Assembly: GCA_963664705.1 (NCBI GenBank)
Contig: OY761556.1
Span: 4,992,001-5,056,000, forward strand
Length of the DNA: 64,000 nt
Direction of reading: 5' to 3'
Source: Acidobacteriota bacterium
GTDB taxonomy: Bacteria > Acidobacteriota > UBA6911
Both the position numbers and the translations under genes were made by a program. The notes under the pieces are model-generated. The model was not told the origin of the DNA, did no database searches, and worked only from the letters and a program-made list of their open reading frames with translations. This document shows, one piece after another, positions 8,963 to 16,622 of the stretch (positions within the stretch are counted from its first letter, which is position 1; the number at the start of each line of letters is the position of its first letter).

Positions 8963-9042
8963 TTCAGATTAAACCAGAAATCTGGGCTGAGAGAATCTCC
9001 TCTTGATTGTGCCGACCGACCGGAATCCCGGAAGTCCGCAAT
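8963..9042 (+). ncRNA. Putative cis-regulatory tandem-hairpin leader RNA, copy A
   Basis: GATTAAACCAGAAATCTGG and GACCGGAATCCCGGAAGTCCGCAAT; matches the copy at 20422-20502 (minus). Confidence 0.6.
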
Positions 9043-9059
9043 TGACAGGGATAGATCCC

Positions 9060-9164
9060 ATGAAGTTATTGCGGCGCATTGAAATGTCACAAACTCTGCT
9101 GTACTTGAATTCCTCATCATATCTTCCTTGTTTAATACCCTGTTGTCGCTGTCCCCAGTTCTAG
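9060..9164 (+). CDS. Cysteine-rich leader peptide 3 (34 aa)
   Basis: MKLLRRIEMSQTLLYLNSSSYLPCLIPCCRCPQF; AGGGA RBS. Confidence 0.7.
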   Translation: MKLLRRIEMSQTLLYLNSSSYLPCLIPCCRCPQF

Positions 9165-9297
9165 ATCCCAATTTTGCGCTGAGCCTCGAGCATTCAAATA
9201 GCTGGCATCCCCAATAAGTAAATTCATCAGGACCCAAATTGGAGCCTGAAAATAAAAGATTCGTTTTGTTCTCAAAACAAAGAGAGGAAGTGTCATT

Positions 9298-10518
9298 GTG
9301 AAGAAAATGTTGATGGTCCTATCGGTTTTATATTTGTTTTCCAGCCTGTCATGGGCGCAGTCTCTGACAGGTGTGTGGGATGCAACGATCAATTTCAACG
9401 GAACCATCATACCGTTCAAGCTTGAATTAGCGGGAGAAGGTTCAAAGGTCACAGGATCGTTTCTCAATGGAACCGAACGTAATACCTCGACAAGTGGCAA
9501 GTTCGAGCAGGAATCTCTGCTGCTTCGGTTCGACGACTACGGAGCGATTCTGGATGCAACGCTGAATGATACCGTCCTGGAAGGACAGTACGGTCCTTTT
9601 CAAAAAAAATTCTATTCGATTCAAGCCAGGAAGCATGCGGACTTCGCTGCGCCAAATTCCGAAGCGCCTGCGATTGGAGGCCTTTGGGAAATAGCCGGCA
9701 TCTCTGGCGCATTTGATGAAAATGCATGGCACTTAATAGTGCGCCAGTCGAATTCCTCCGTGTCTGCTGTCATTGTCCGCGCGGAGGGCGATACCGGTGA
9801 AATTGCCGGTATCTATAAAGATGGGAAGTTTACTCTTGGCCATTTCTCCGGAGCGAGGCCATCCCTTCTTGTTCTTACTCCAAAAAACGATGGGACCTTA
9901 TCTGTGCGGCTTTCTGATTTGCTTGGAAGCAGGCAATTCACAGCCTTCCGAGCGAACGAGGCGCAAGCCAGGAATTGGCCCAACTCCATCTATCCGACAC
10001 AGCCGGTACTCAATGGAAAACCCGAGTCTTTTCAGTTCCGCTTCCCGGACCTGAGCGGACGACTCATTTCCAGCTCGGATCCTCGTTTTCGTAAAAAGGT
10101 GCTCCTTGTAAATGTCTCCGGAAGCTGGAGTCCCAATTGCCATGACCAGGCACCTTTTCTTACTGATCTATACCGACGGTTTCGAAACCAGGGCTTTGAA
10201 ATCGTATCTCTGACATTTGAGGAAGCGGATCAACTTAAAGATGCATCCCGCCTGCGTGCGTTTGTCAAAAAGTTTGGAATCGAATATCCGGTGCTAATTG
10301 CAGGTGCTCCAGAAGAACGAACCGCAAAGTTACAAGCGCAGGCATCCGGCTCATCCTGGCCAACAACGCTCCTGATCGGCCGCGATGGCTTAATCCGTTC
10401 AATTCAAACCGGCTTTCCCAGCCCTGCCAGTGGCGATTTTTATGAGAAGGCAAAGGGCCAGGTCACAGCGCAGGTAGAACAGCTTCTTGCCGAAGGATCT
10501 GAATTGACCAGGAAATAG
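9298..10518 (+). CDS. Exported TlpA-like thioredoxin-fold protein with SxxC active site
   Basis: Signal peptide; C-terminal FPDLSG..KKVLLVNVSGSWSPNCHD..YPVL..WPTTLLIGRDG. Confidence 0.85.
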   Translation: MKKMLMVLSVLYLFSSLSWAQSLTGVWDATINFNGTIIPFKLELAGEGSKVTGSFLNGTERNTSTSGKFEQESLLLRFDDYGAILDATLNDTVLEGQYGPFQKKFYSIQARKHADFAAPNSEAPAIGGLWEIAGISGAFDENAWHLIVRQSNSSVSAVIVRAEGDTGEIAGIYKDGKFTLGHFSGARPSLLVLTPKNDGTLSVRLSDLLGSRQFTAFRANEAQARNWPNSIYPTQPVLNGKPESFQFRFPDLSGRLISSSDPRFRKKVLLVNVSGSWSPNCHDQAPFLTDLYRRFRNQGFEIVSLTFEEADQLKDASRLRAFVKKFGIEYPVLIAGAPEERTAKLQAQASGSSWPTTLLIGRDGLIRSIQTGFPSPASGDFYEKAKGQVTAQVEQLLAEGSELTRK

Positions 10519-10531
10519 GCTGTCAGAACGA

Positions 10532-10608
10532 GGCGCCGTACCCAAAATGGAAAGGGGAGGGTCTGCAAAACCTTAATTTTAGCGGTTCGACTCCGCTCGG
10601 CGCCTCCA
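10532..10608 (+). tRNA. tRNA-Cys (GCA)
   Basis: Acceptor GGCGCCG/CGGCGCC, anticodon loop CTGCAAA, T arm AGCGG-TTCGACT-CCGCT, U discriminator, encoded CCA. Confidence 0.93.
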
Positions 10609-10627
10609 TGCTTTGAAATGAGGACAT

Positions 10628-11050
10628 ATGAAAGTAATACTATCTTTACTGTTGCTCTGTCTATTTAGCGCCTCCTGCGCTCCCAAGCGAATTCAAACCG
10701 GCAAAGTGATCGGTCCATACGCGCCAGCAATCAAAGCCGGAAAAACGCTATATATTTCCGGACAGATTGCTCTTAAACCCGGGACAACGGATTTGGTAAA
10801 CACCAACTTTGAGACAGAAGTAGTCCAGGTGCTGGAGAACCTTGTCGCCTTATTGAGGACAGCAGGGTACAAAACCTCCGACCTTGTCCAATGTACTATC
10901 TACCTTAAAGATATAAATGACTATGCAGAAGTGAATCGGATATACGGCAGCTATTTTGAAAAGGGGCGCACACCAACGCGAACCACCATCGCCGTTTCCA
11001 ATTTGCCGCGCAACGCTCGAATTGAAATTTCAGCAATCGCCTATAAATAA
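10628..11050 (+). CDS. RidA/YjgF family protein with lipoprotein signal
   Basis: IGPYAPA, LYISGQI, P.RT, LPRNARIEISAIA; N-terminal MKVILSLLLLCLFSASC lipobox. Confidence 0.88.
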   Translation: MKVILSLLLLCLFSASCAPKRIQTGKVIGPYAPAIKAGKTLYISGQIALKPGTTDLVNTNFETEVVQVLENLVALLRTAGYKTSDLVQCTIYLKDINDYAEVNRIYGSYFEKGRTPTRTTIAVSNLPRNARIEISAIAYK

Positions 11051-11066
11051 AGTGGGAGAATACGTA

Positions 11067-11414
11067 ATGGCAAGCAATCCGTTACAGACTCAGGAATCGT
11101 ATCCCAGACCCATCAAAATTATTATGGTTGGGGGCCATAAGCGGAGTATGCGCAGACTGGCGGACCGCTGCCGGCAAGAAGGATGGCGAGTGGAAAATCA
11201 CTCTGGAGAAACCTATGGCCGCTGTGGTGAAGAGCTCCGATCTCAAATCGGGCGTTCCGATATTGTGGCAATAACAACGAGAGTGAATAGTCACGGTGGC
11301 ATGTTTATAGCCAAAGCCCTGGCACGCCGCCTTGGTCGAACATTTATAGTCATTCGCCGCGATAATTTTGAGGAACTCAAAGCGGCCGTGGTCGATACCG
11401 AGCGCAGATCTTAG
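11067..11414 (+). CDS. DUF2325-family protein
   Basis: IIMVGG...SDIVAITTRVNSH...AKALARR pattern. Confidence 0.65.
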   Translation: MASNPLQTQESYPRPIKIIMVGGHKRSMRRLADRCRQEGWRVENHSGETYGRCGEELRSQIGRSDIVAITTRVNSHGGMFIAKALARRLGRTFIVIRRDNFEELKAAVVDTERRS

Positions 11415-11464
11415 TCTCAAACACGCGCCGGCTGAAGACCAAACCGCCGTCCGTCAGCGGTTCG

Positions 11465-12157
11465 TTATGCGGTAAGTGCGGCTTTTGTTTGGCGCTCAAT
11501 AAGCGCGCGACGAAGGCGAAGAACGCTGTAAGAGCCAAAAAGTACCACATACATTATTATATTCACGATAACCGTGCCGGAACCGGCAGCAGCAGCCGGA
11601 GCCAAAAACAGGGCCAGATGAACAAAAATGAGAAGGAAGAACAGGTAGGCCAGAGTCTGCACTCGTTTCCAGCGCGCCGGCTCCATTAACCTGCGCACAG
11701 CCCCAAACGAAGTCCCCGTAAGAACGGCAAGTATCAAAGCAGTCACAAACGAAACAGTAATTGAGAGCGCTTTATTTTTATCCAGCCTGCCTTCGCCGGC
11801 CAGAAGCAGCGGGATATAGGTATTCGCATATACAATAATGTGACCAACCGCAAGAAGGGATCCGATTATGGCAAGTTGGCGACGCAAGGGATATAGAACA
11901 GTGCGCGGCCGCGAGCCTTTGGGGAAGACACCCGCAAACATCACCAGGGCAAATAATGATAATGCAATCGCACACCGCTGGATGATAATCATCAGCCAGG
12001 AAAACCTAAAAATGGAATCGTCCACATAGTTCGCAAAGAGATATAGTCCGGTCAGGAAAATCGTCAGCACATAAAACCAAGCCGGCCGCTTCTTAAGGTG
12101 TTTGTGCAGAATAAAAACCATGGCAGTTGTTATAAGCAATGTAAGCGCAAATGTCAT
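11465..12157 (-). CDS. Ferric-reductase-like/MsrQ-type heme b membrane protein
   Basis: About 7 TM segments; LRRQLAI, GH, LTGTS, WKRVQTLAY..L..VH motifs; AAAGGAGG RBS. Confidence 0.8.
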   Translation of the reverse strand: MTFALTLLITTAMVFILHKHLKKRPAWFYVLTIFLTGLYLFANYVDDSIFRFSWLMIIIQRCAIALSLFALVMFAGVFPKGSRPRTVLYPLRRQLAIIGSLLAVGHIIVYANTYIPLLLAGEGRLDKNKALSITVSFVTALILAVLTGTSFGAVRRLMEPARWKRVQTLAYLFFLLIFVHLALFLAPAAAAGSGTVIVNIIMYVVLFGSYSVLRLRRALIERQTKAALTA

Positions 12158-12168
12158 GCAACCTCCTT

Positions 12169-13488
12169 TTACGCACCGGCAGCAGCAGCGCTTGGAGCAG
12201 CCAGTCTGCTCAAGGCACCCAGCAGCCTCGTAATCTCGCCAGGCGTGTTGTAAAAATGCGTCGATACACGCAGTCCTGATACGCCACCCTGATTTGTGGA
12301 ACGGATAATGACCTGTTCTTGCTTTTGCAGCGCCCTGACAAGCTGATCCGGCGGGAGGTTTCCGATACTGAATGTAGTAATCCCGGCACCAAATTGTGGA
12401 TCCTCGGAAGTCCACAGCCGGGTCGCTGGAATCTTCTTTAATCCCCGGCGCAGTTGTGCAGATAACTGCTGCGCCCGCGCTGCAATGCGCTCCTTACCGA
12501 TCATTAGCTGAAGATCTACCGCCGCACTGATGCCACAAAGTGCGGGTATGTTCAGTTGCCCGCTTTTTTCAAATCGAGCCGCGCCTGCTTTTGTTTTTGC
12601 CATAACTCTGTCCTGACCGTTATTCGGATCGTAGTAGCCGAAAAGCGGTTCCACTCTGTCCTGCAGTTCTCTCTTAATGTAGGTAAAACCCGTTCCCGTT
12701 CCCGCAAGCAGCCATTTCTGACCGGGGCTGGCATAATGGTCGACCCCGCTCAAATGAAAATCGAGAGGCACAACTCCGGTCGATTGCGCTCCATCCACGG
12801 AAATCAGAATTCCCTTGCTGTGAGCTAGTTCAGCTAACTCTTTTATCGGCATCAATAACCCGGTTACATACGTGACATGGCTTATAACAATCAACCTGGT
12901 TTTTGATGTGATCTTCTTTTCATACGCAGCGAGGATTTCATCGATCGAATTTGGCAGCGCCGGTTCCTCCGCTCGTATGATTCGTATACCCTTCTGCTTT
13001 TCCAGCGCCTGGTATGCCTCAACAGGTCCAAAGTGTTCCCATGCACCGATAACAACCTCGTCTCCGGGCTGCCAGTGGAGTCCCTTGGCAAAGATATTCA
13101 TTCCTTCCGTCGTGCTGTGTGTTAGGGCGATTTCATCCGCATCCGCTCCCGTGAATTCGGCAATGCGTTTGCGTACGCCTGAGAGTTCCTCTTGTCTGAA
13201 GCTGTTGGTCGGGTCCGCGGCGAGTTCTTCATCATACCGTCTGTGCACTGCCAATACGGTATTGGGCGCAGGTCCCAGCGTTCCATTGTTCAGGAAAACA
13301 AGTTTGCTGTAGAGGCTGAATCCCTCGCGTATCTTCTCCCAATAAGCCTCATCGGGCCTATCAACCGATACTTTTGTCTCGTGCACCGGTTCCGGCGAGG
13401 AAATGGTTTGGGCAACCGCGCTGCCTGCAATCGCAGCGGCGGTGCCGGTAAGAAACAAGCGTCTGGAAAGCTGATATTCAGATCTCAT
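12169..13488 (-). CDS. Tat-exported class V PLP enzyme (cysteine desulfurase/C-S lyase/isopenicillin epimerase-like)
   Basis: SRRLFL Tat motif, FLNNGTLGP, STTEG, VDGAQS, PGQKWL, LRVSTHFYN. Confidence 0.88.
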   Translation of the reverse strand: MRSEYQLSRRLFLTGTAAAIAGSAVAQTISSPEPVHETKVSVDRPDEAYWEKIREGFSLYSKLVFLNNGTLGPAPNTVLAVHRRYDEELAADPTNSFRQEELSGVRKRIAEFTGADADEIALTHSTTEGMNIFAKGLHWQPGDEVVIGAWEHFGPVEAYQALEKQKGIRIIRAEEPALPNSIDEILAAYEKKITSKTRLIVISHVTYVTGLLMPIKELAELAHSKGILISVDGAQSTGVVPLDFHLSGVDHYASPGQKWLLAGTGTGFTYIKRELQDRVEPLFGYYDPNNGQDRVMAKTKAGAARFEKSGQLNIPALCGISAAVDLQLMIGKERIAARAQQLSAQLRRGLKKIPATRLWTSEDPQFGAGITTFSIGNLPPDQLVRALQKQEQVIIRSTNQGGVSGLRVSTHFYNTPGEITRLLGALSRLAAPSAAAAGA

Positions 13489-13513
13489 AATGACCTTTAG
13501 AAAGGGAAAAGGC

Positions 13514-14068
13514 TCAAGGTAAAAACACTTTTATGTACTTATCCACATCGGTATCGGCGAATGACTTGACGAGCACAGCAGATGGCTCAGTCCTGCCATT
13601 CAGTTTCCGATCAGACGACCATTGCTGAGTATCGATAACCTCGATTGCCTCTCCAGGGCATGTGGTTGCACATGCTGGCAATTTGTTTTTGGCAAGACGA
13701 TCAATACACAGATGGCATTTCTGCATTTTCCCGTTTTTGCCGTACTTCGGAATTTCATATGGGCATGCCTTCAGGCAACTCCGGCAACCGATGCATTTGG
13801 CGGCGTCCACCGTGACAATTCCGTTCTCTGCATGTTTTGTTATTGCACCTGCCGGACAGATCCCGGCGCAAGCCGGCTTCGCACAATGCAGACAGGAATG
13901 CGGCAGCGAAATATTGATGACCCGCGTCGGAGTTTCCTCCCAATGGACCAGGACTTTGCGCCACATCACACCGGCTTCCACGGAATTTGCAGCCTTGCAG
14001 GCCACTTCGCAGGCGGAGCATTGTACGCAACGTCCCAAATGAAGCCGAAAACCTAATTGTTTCGCCAT
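13514..14068 (-). CDS. DmsB-like 4x[4Fe-4S] electron-transfer subunit
   Basis: CVQCSACEVAC, CLHCAKPACAGICP, CIGCRSCLKACP, KCHLC..PACATTCP. Confidence 0.93.
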   Translation of the reverse strand: MAKQLGFRLHLGRCVQCSACEVACKAANSVEAGVMWRKVLVHWEETPTRVINISLPHSCLHCAKPACAGICPAGAITKHAENGIVTVDAAKCIGCRSCLKACPYEIPKYGKNGKMQKCHLCIDRLAKNKLPACATTCPGEAIEVIDTQQWSSDRKLNGRTEPSAVLVKSFADTDVDKYIKVFLP

Positions 14069-14102
14069 GTCTTATCCTTTCACCCGTCAAAACATTGCTT
14101 CT

Positions 14103-16538
14103 TCACACCTGCTGCAGTGGCTGTTTCCGCACCTGGACCAGCGTCTGGCTCGACATGGCGGTCACAATCGGATCAAATGCCCTGGCGCTTGTGTCATACA
14201 TGGAGTTTGTATTCGCACCGCCATTGAGTACTGAAAGGTTAGGCTTACCCAGCGCGTCACATCCCTCCCACCATCCGTGCAGTGCCATCACGGTATCTCT
14301 GCGGATGCCAGGATTAACATCCGCTTTCAGGCGAATGGTGCCATGCGGCGACTCGACAACCACCCAGTCCCCATGTCTTATGCCGCGAGCCTGCGCCGTT
14401 TCGGGATGTATCTGCAGGGTTGGATCGGGCGCCACTTCCCGCAGGTGTGGAAGATTGCGCAACCATGAAGCGTTATAAACTTTGGACGTATGGAAATCGG
14501 AAAAAAGCAGAGGGTACTTGTTCAGCAGTTCCGGCGTAGCGGTCAGACTTTCGGGCGGTTCGCGCCATTCCGGCAGCGGGTTGAACCCGGCTTCTTCAAA
14601 TGTCGTGTTATAGATCGCCACCTTTTGCTGCGGCAGATAGGGCGCCTTGGAAAACCTGGAACTGCGCGCAGAAAAAGCCTGCTCGTATTTTTCGTAGACC
14701 GGCTGCCGGGCATTTTGACGAACTATCCCCTCGGGCTTCCTGAGCAGCTCTTCCAGGGTAATGCCATGCCCTTTCAGTTCCTCACGCTTCCACTCTTCAA
14801 CGCTGCCATGCCAGAAATGCTTGCCGTACCCCATCCGCGCTCCCAGCTCAATCCAGAACTCGTAATCGGACTTGGATTCACCTATTGGCTCAATAACCCT
14901 ACGGCGCGGCATGATCCAATTACCGCGCCCTTCGAATGGATGATCCACCTCGTACATGGTGGAAATTGGAATGACGATATCCGCATAATTCATGTCTGCG
15001 GTGCGAGCCACATCGAGGACTACATAGAAATCCACCTTCTTTAGCGCTTCCAAAACGGTCCTCGTGCCACGAGTGCTCGTTACAGGCTGCGTGCCGGGCG
15101 CGATAATTGTGCGAATCGGATAAGGTTTGCCTGTGAGCACGCTTTCGAAAATCCGGTAATATGCGGAAGTGGGACTATTGCTTGTCTGAAAGGGGAGCGG
15201 AAACTCAGGGGCAACAAGTCTGTTGACCTGTTCCTGAGTATACACGAGGCTGTCCCGAGACTCACCCGGGCCCGGTCTCCCACTCTGCTTGGACTTTGGA
15301 GCCGGAGCGCCGGGACCGCCGAGTCCTGCAAAGCGGCGAGGCCCATCGGGAGATCCGGAATTGCCGGACCTCCCGATTCCGGGACTTCCAAGCCCTTCCA
15401 TTCCTCCGGGACCAGCACTTAGGAGATTTCCACCTCGACGATCCAGATTTCCGGTTATTGCAATCAGAATCGCGACAGATCGCACGGCATCATTGCAGCT
15501 CGGAGAGTGTTCAAAACCGTTGCCGGTCTCAATGCAGGCGTGCTTGGTTGTGGCAAAGAGCCGGGCAACTTCGCGCGTCTGCGCTGCCGGCACGCCGGAA
15601 ATCCTCTCCGCCCACTCCGGTGTATATTTCTGAACGTGCGGAACAAGTCGGTCAAACCCATAGGTCCACTTTCCGACGAACTCTCTGTCGTAAAGTTTTT
15701 CGGTGATCACAACATTCAGCAGAGCCAGAGCGAACGCCGCATCGGTTCCCGGGCGAATAGGAACCCAGATATCCGCAAGAGCCGCATCCGGCTCCATAGT
15801 TGGTTTGACTGCAATGATCTTTACACCGCGCGCCTTCGCTGCCAACAATTCACGAACTCCCCCCTTGGCGCTCCCTGCGTAGATTGGCTGCTTCGCCCAG
15901 ATGATCAACAACCTGGTATTCTGAATATCAGCGGTTGGCGAACTCCCAAGCGTATACTGAAAAGAAAAGCCCTTTTGCATGGCGCAAATTCCGCTGTGCG
16001 CATAATTTGGGCTGCCGTGCGCGGCGAGAAATCGTCGAAAATAGGAGCTATACGATCGCGCAGCCGGGGAGAGTATCGCAAGCGACTCCGGCCCAAATTG
16101 CTCCTTCTGTTCCTTCAGTTTTGATGCAATCGTATCGAGCGCTTCATTCCAGGTGATACGCTTGAACTTGCCTTCGCCCCGTTCTCCAACCCTCTTCAGC
16201 GGATAACGCAATCGCTGGGGTGAGTAGACCCACTGCGGTGCAGCATGCGCCTTCCCGCAATTTTTGCCCCGATTCAGCGGAGCATCCTTCAGCGGTTCAA
16301 TCCCAACAAAACGTCCATTGCGCACAACAGCGTTGATGCCGCATCCCTGGCTGGGGCCGCACATCGCACACATGGTCGGGACAAGCTTTTCCGCTGCTGC
16401 GGAAACCAAAGGCGTTGTCTCGGCCGCATGAAGCAGTGCCAACGGTTCAACTGTGCTCCAGAGGGCCGATTGAACACATATCGCGCCTGCCGCTCTCAAA
16501 ACCTCGCGCCGGGTTATTTCACTATCCTTAGATTTCAT
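14103..16538 (-). CDS. Tat-exported Mo/W-bisPGD oxidoreductase catalytic subunit
   Basis: TRREVL Tat motif, CAMCGPSQGC..CGK cluster motif, RLRYPLKRVGERGEGKF, IRPGTDAA, HSGIC likely Cys ligand, C-terminal molydop-binding domain. Confidence 0.92.
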   Translation of the reverse strand: MKSKDSEITRREVLRAAGAICVQSALWSTVEPLALLHAAETTPLVSAAAEKLVPTMCAMCGPSQGCGINAVVRNGRFVGIEPLKDAPLNRGKNCGKAHAAPQWVYSPQRLRYPLKRVGERGEGKFKRITWNEALDTIASKLKEQKEQFGPESLAILSPAARSYSSYFRRFLAAHGSPNYAHSGICAMQKGFSFQYTLGSSPTADIQNTRLLIIWAKQPIYAGSAKGGVRELLAAKARGVKIIAVKPTMEPDAALADIWVPIRPGTDAAFALALLNVVITEKLYDREFVGKWTYGFDRLVPHVQKYTPEWAERISGVPAAQTREVARLFATTKHACIETGNGFEHSPSCNDAVRSVAILIAITGNLDRRGGNLLSAGPGGMEGLGSPGIGRSGNSGSPDGPRRFAGLGGPGAPAPKSKQSGRPGPGESRDSLVYTQEQVNRLVAPEFPLPFQTSNSPTSAYYRIFESVLTGKPYPIRTIIAPGTQPVTSTRGTRTVLEALKKVDFYVVLDVARTADMNYADIVIPISTMYEVDHPFEGRGNWIMPRRRVIEPIGESKSDYEFWIELGARMGYGKHFWHGSVEEWKREELKGHGITLEELLRKPEGIVRQNARQPVYEKYEQAFSARSSRFSKAPYLPQQKVAIYNTTFEEAGFNPLPEWREPPESLTATPELLNKYPLLFSDFHTSKVYNASWLRNLPHLREVAPDPTLQIHPETAQARGIRHGDWVVVESPHGTIRLKADVNPGIRRDTVMALHGWWEGCDALGKPNLSVLNGGANTNSMYDTSARAFDPIVTAMSSQTLVQVRKQPLQQV

Positions 16539-16573
16539 TTTCGAATTTCCTCTGTAGCGACGCACGGATTTTT

Positions 16574-16600
16574 CGGATCATCTCCAATGGAGATGATCCG
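16574..16600. other. Perfect 12-bp intercistronic stem-loop
   Basis: CGGATCATCTCC-AAT-GGAGATGATCCG; no U-tract on the sense strand, so more likely an mRNA-stabilising hairpin. Confidence 0.6.
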
Positions 16601-16622
16601 GGGACATTTCAGAATTCGTCTC

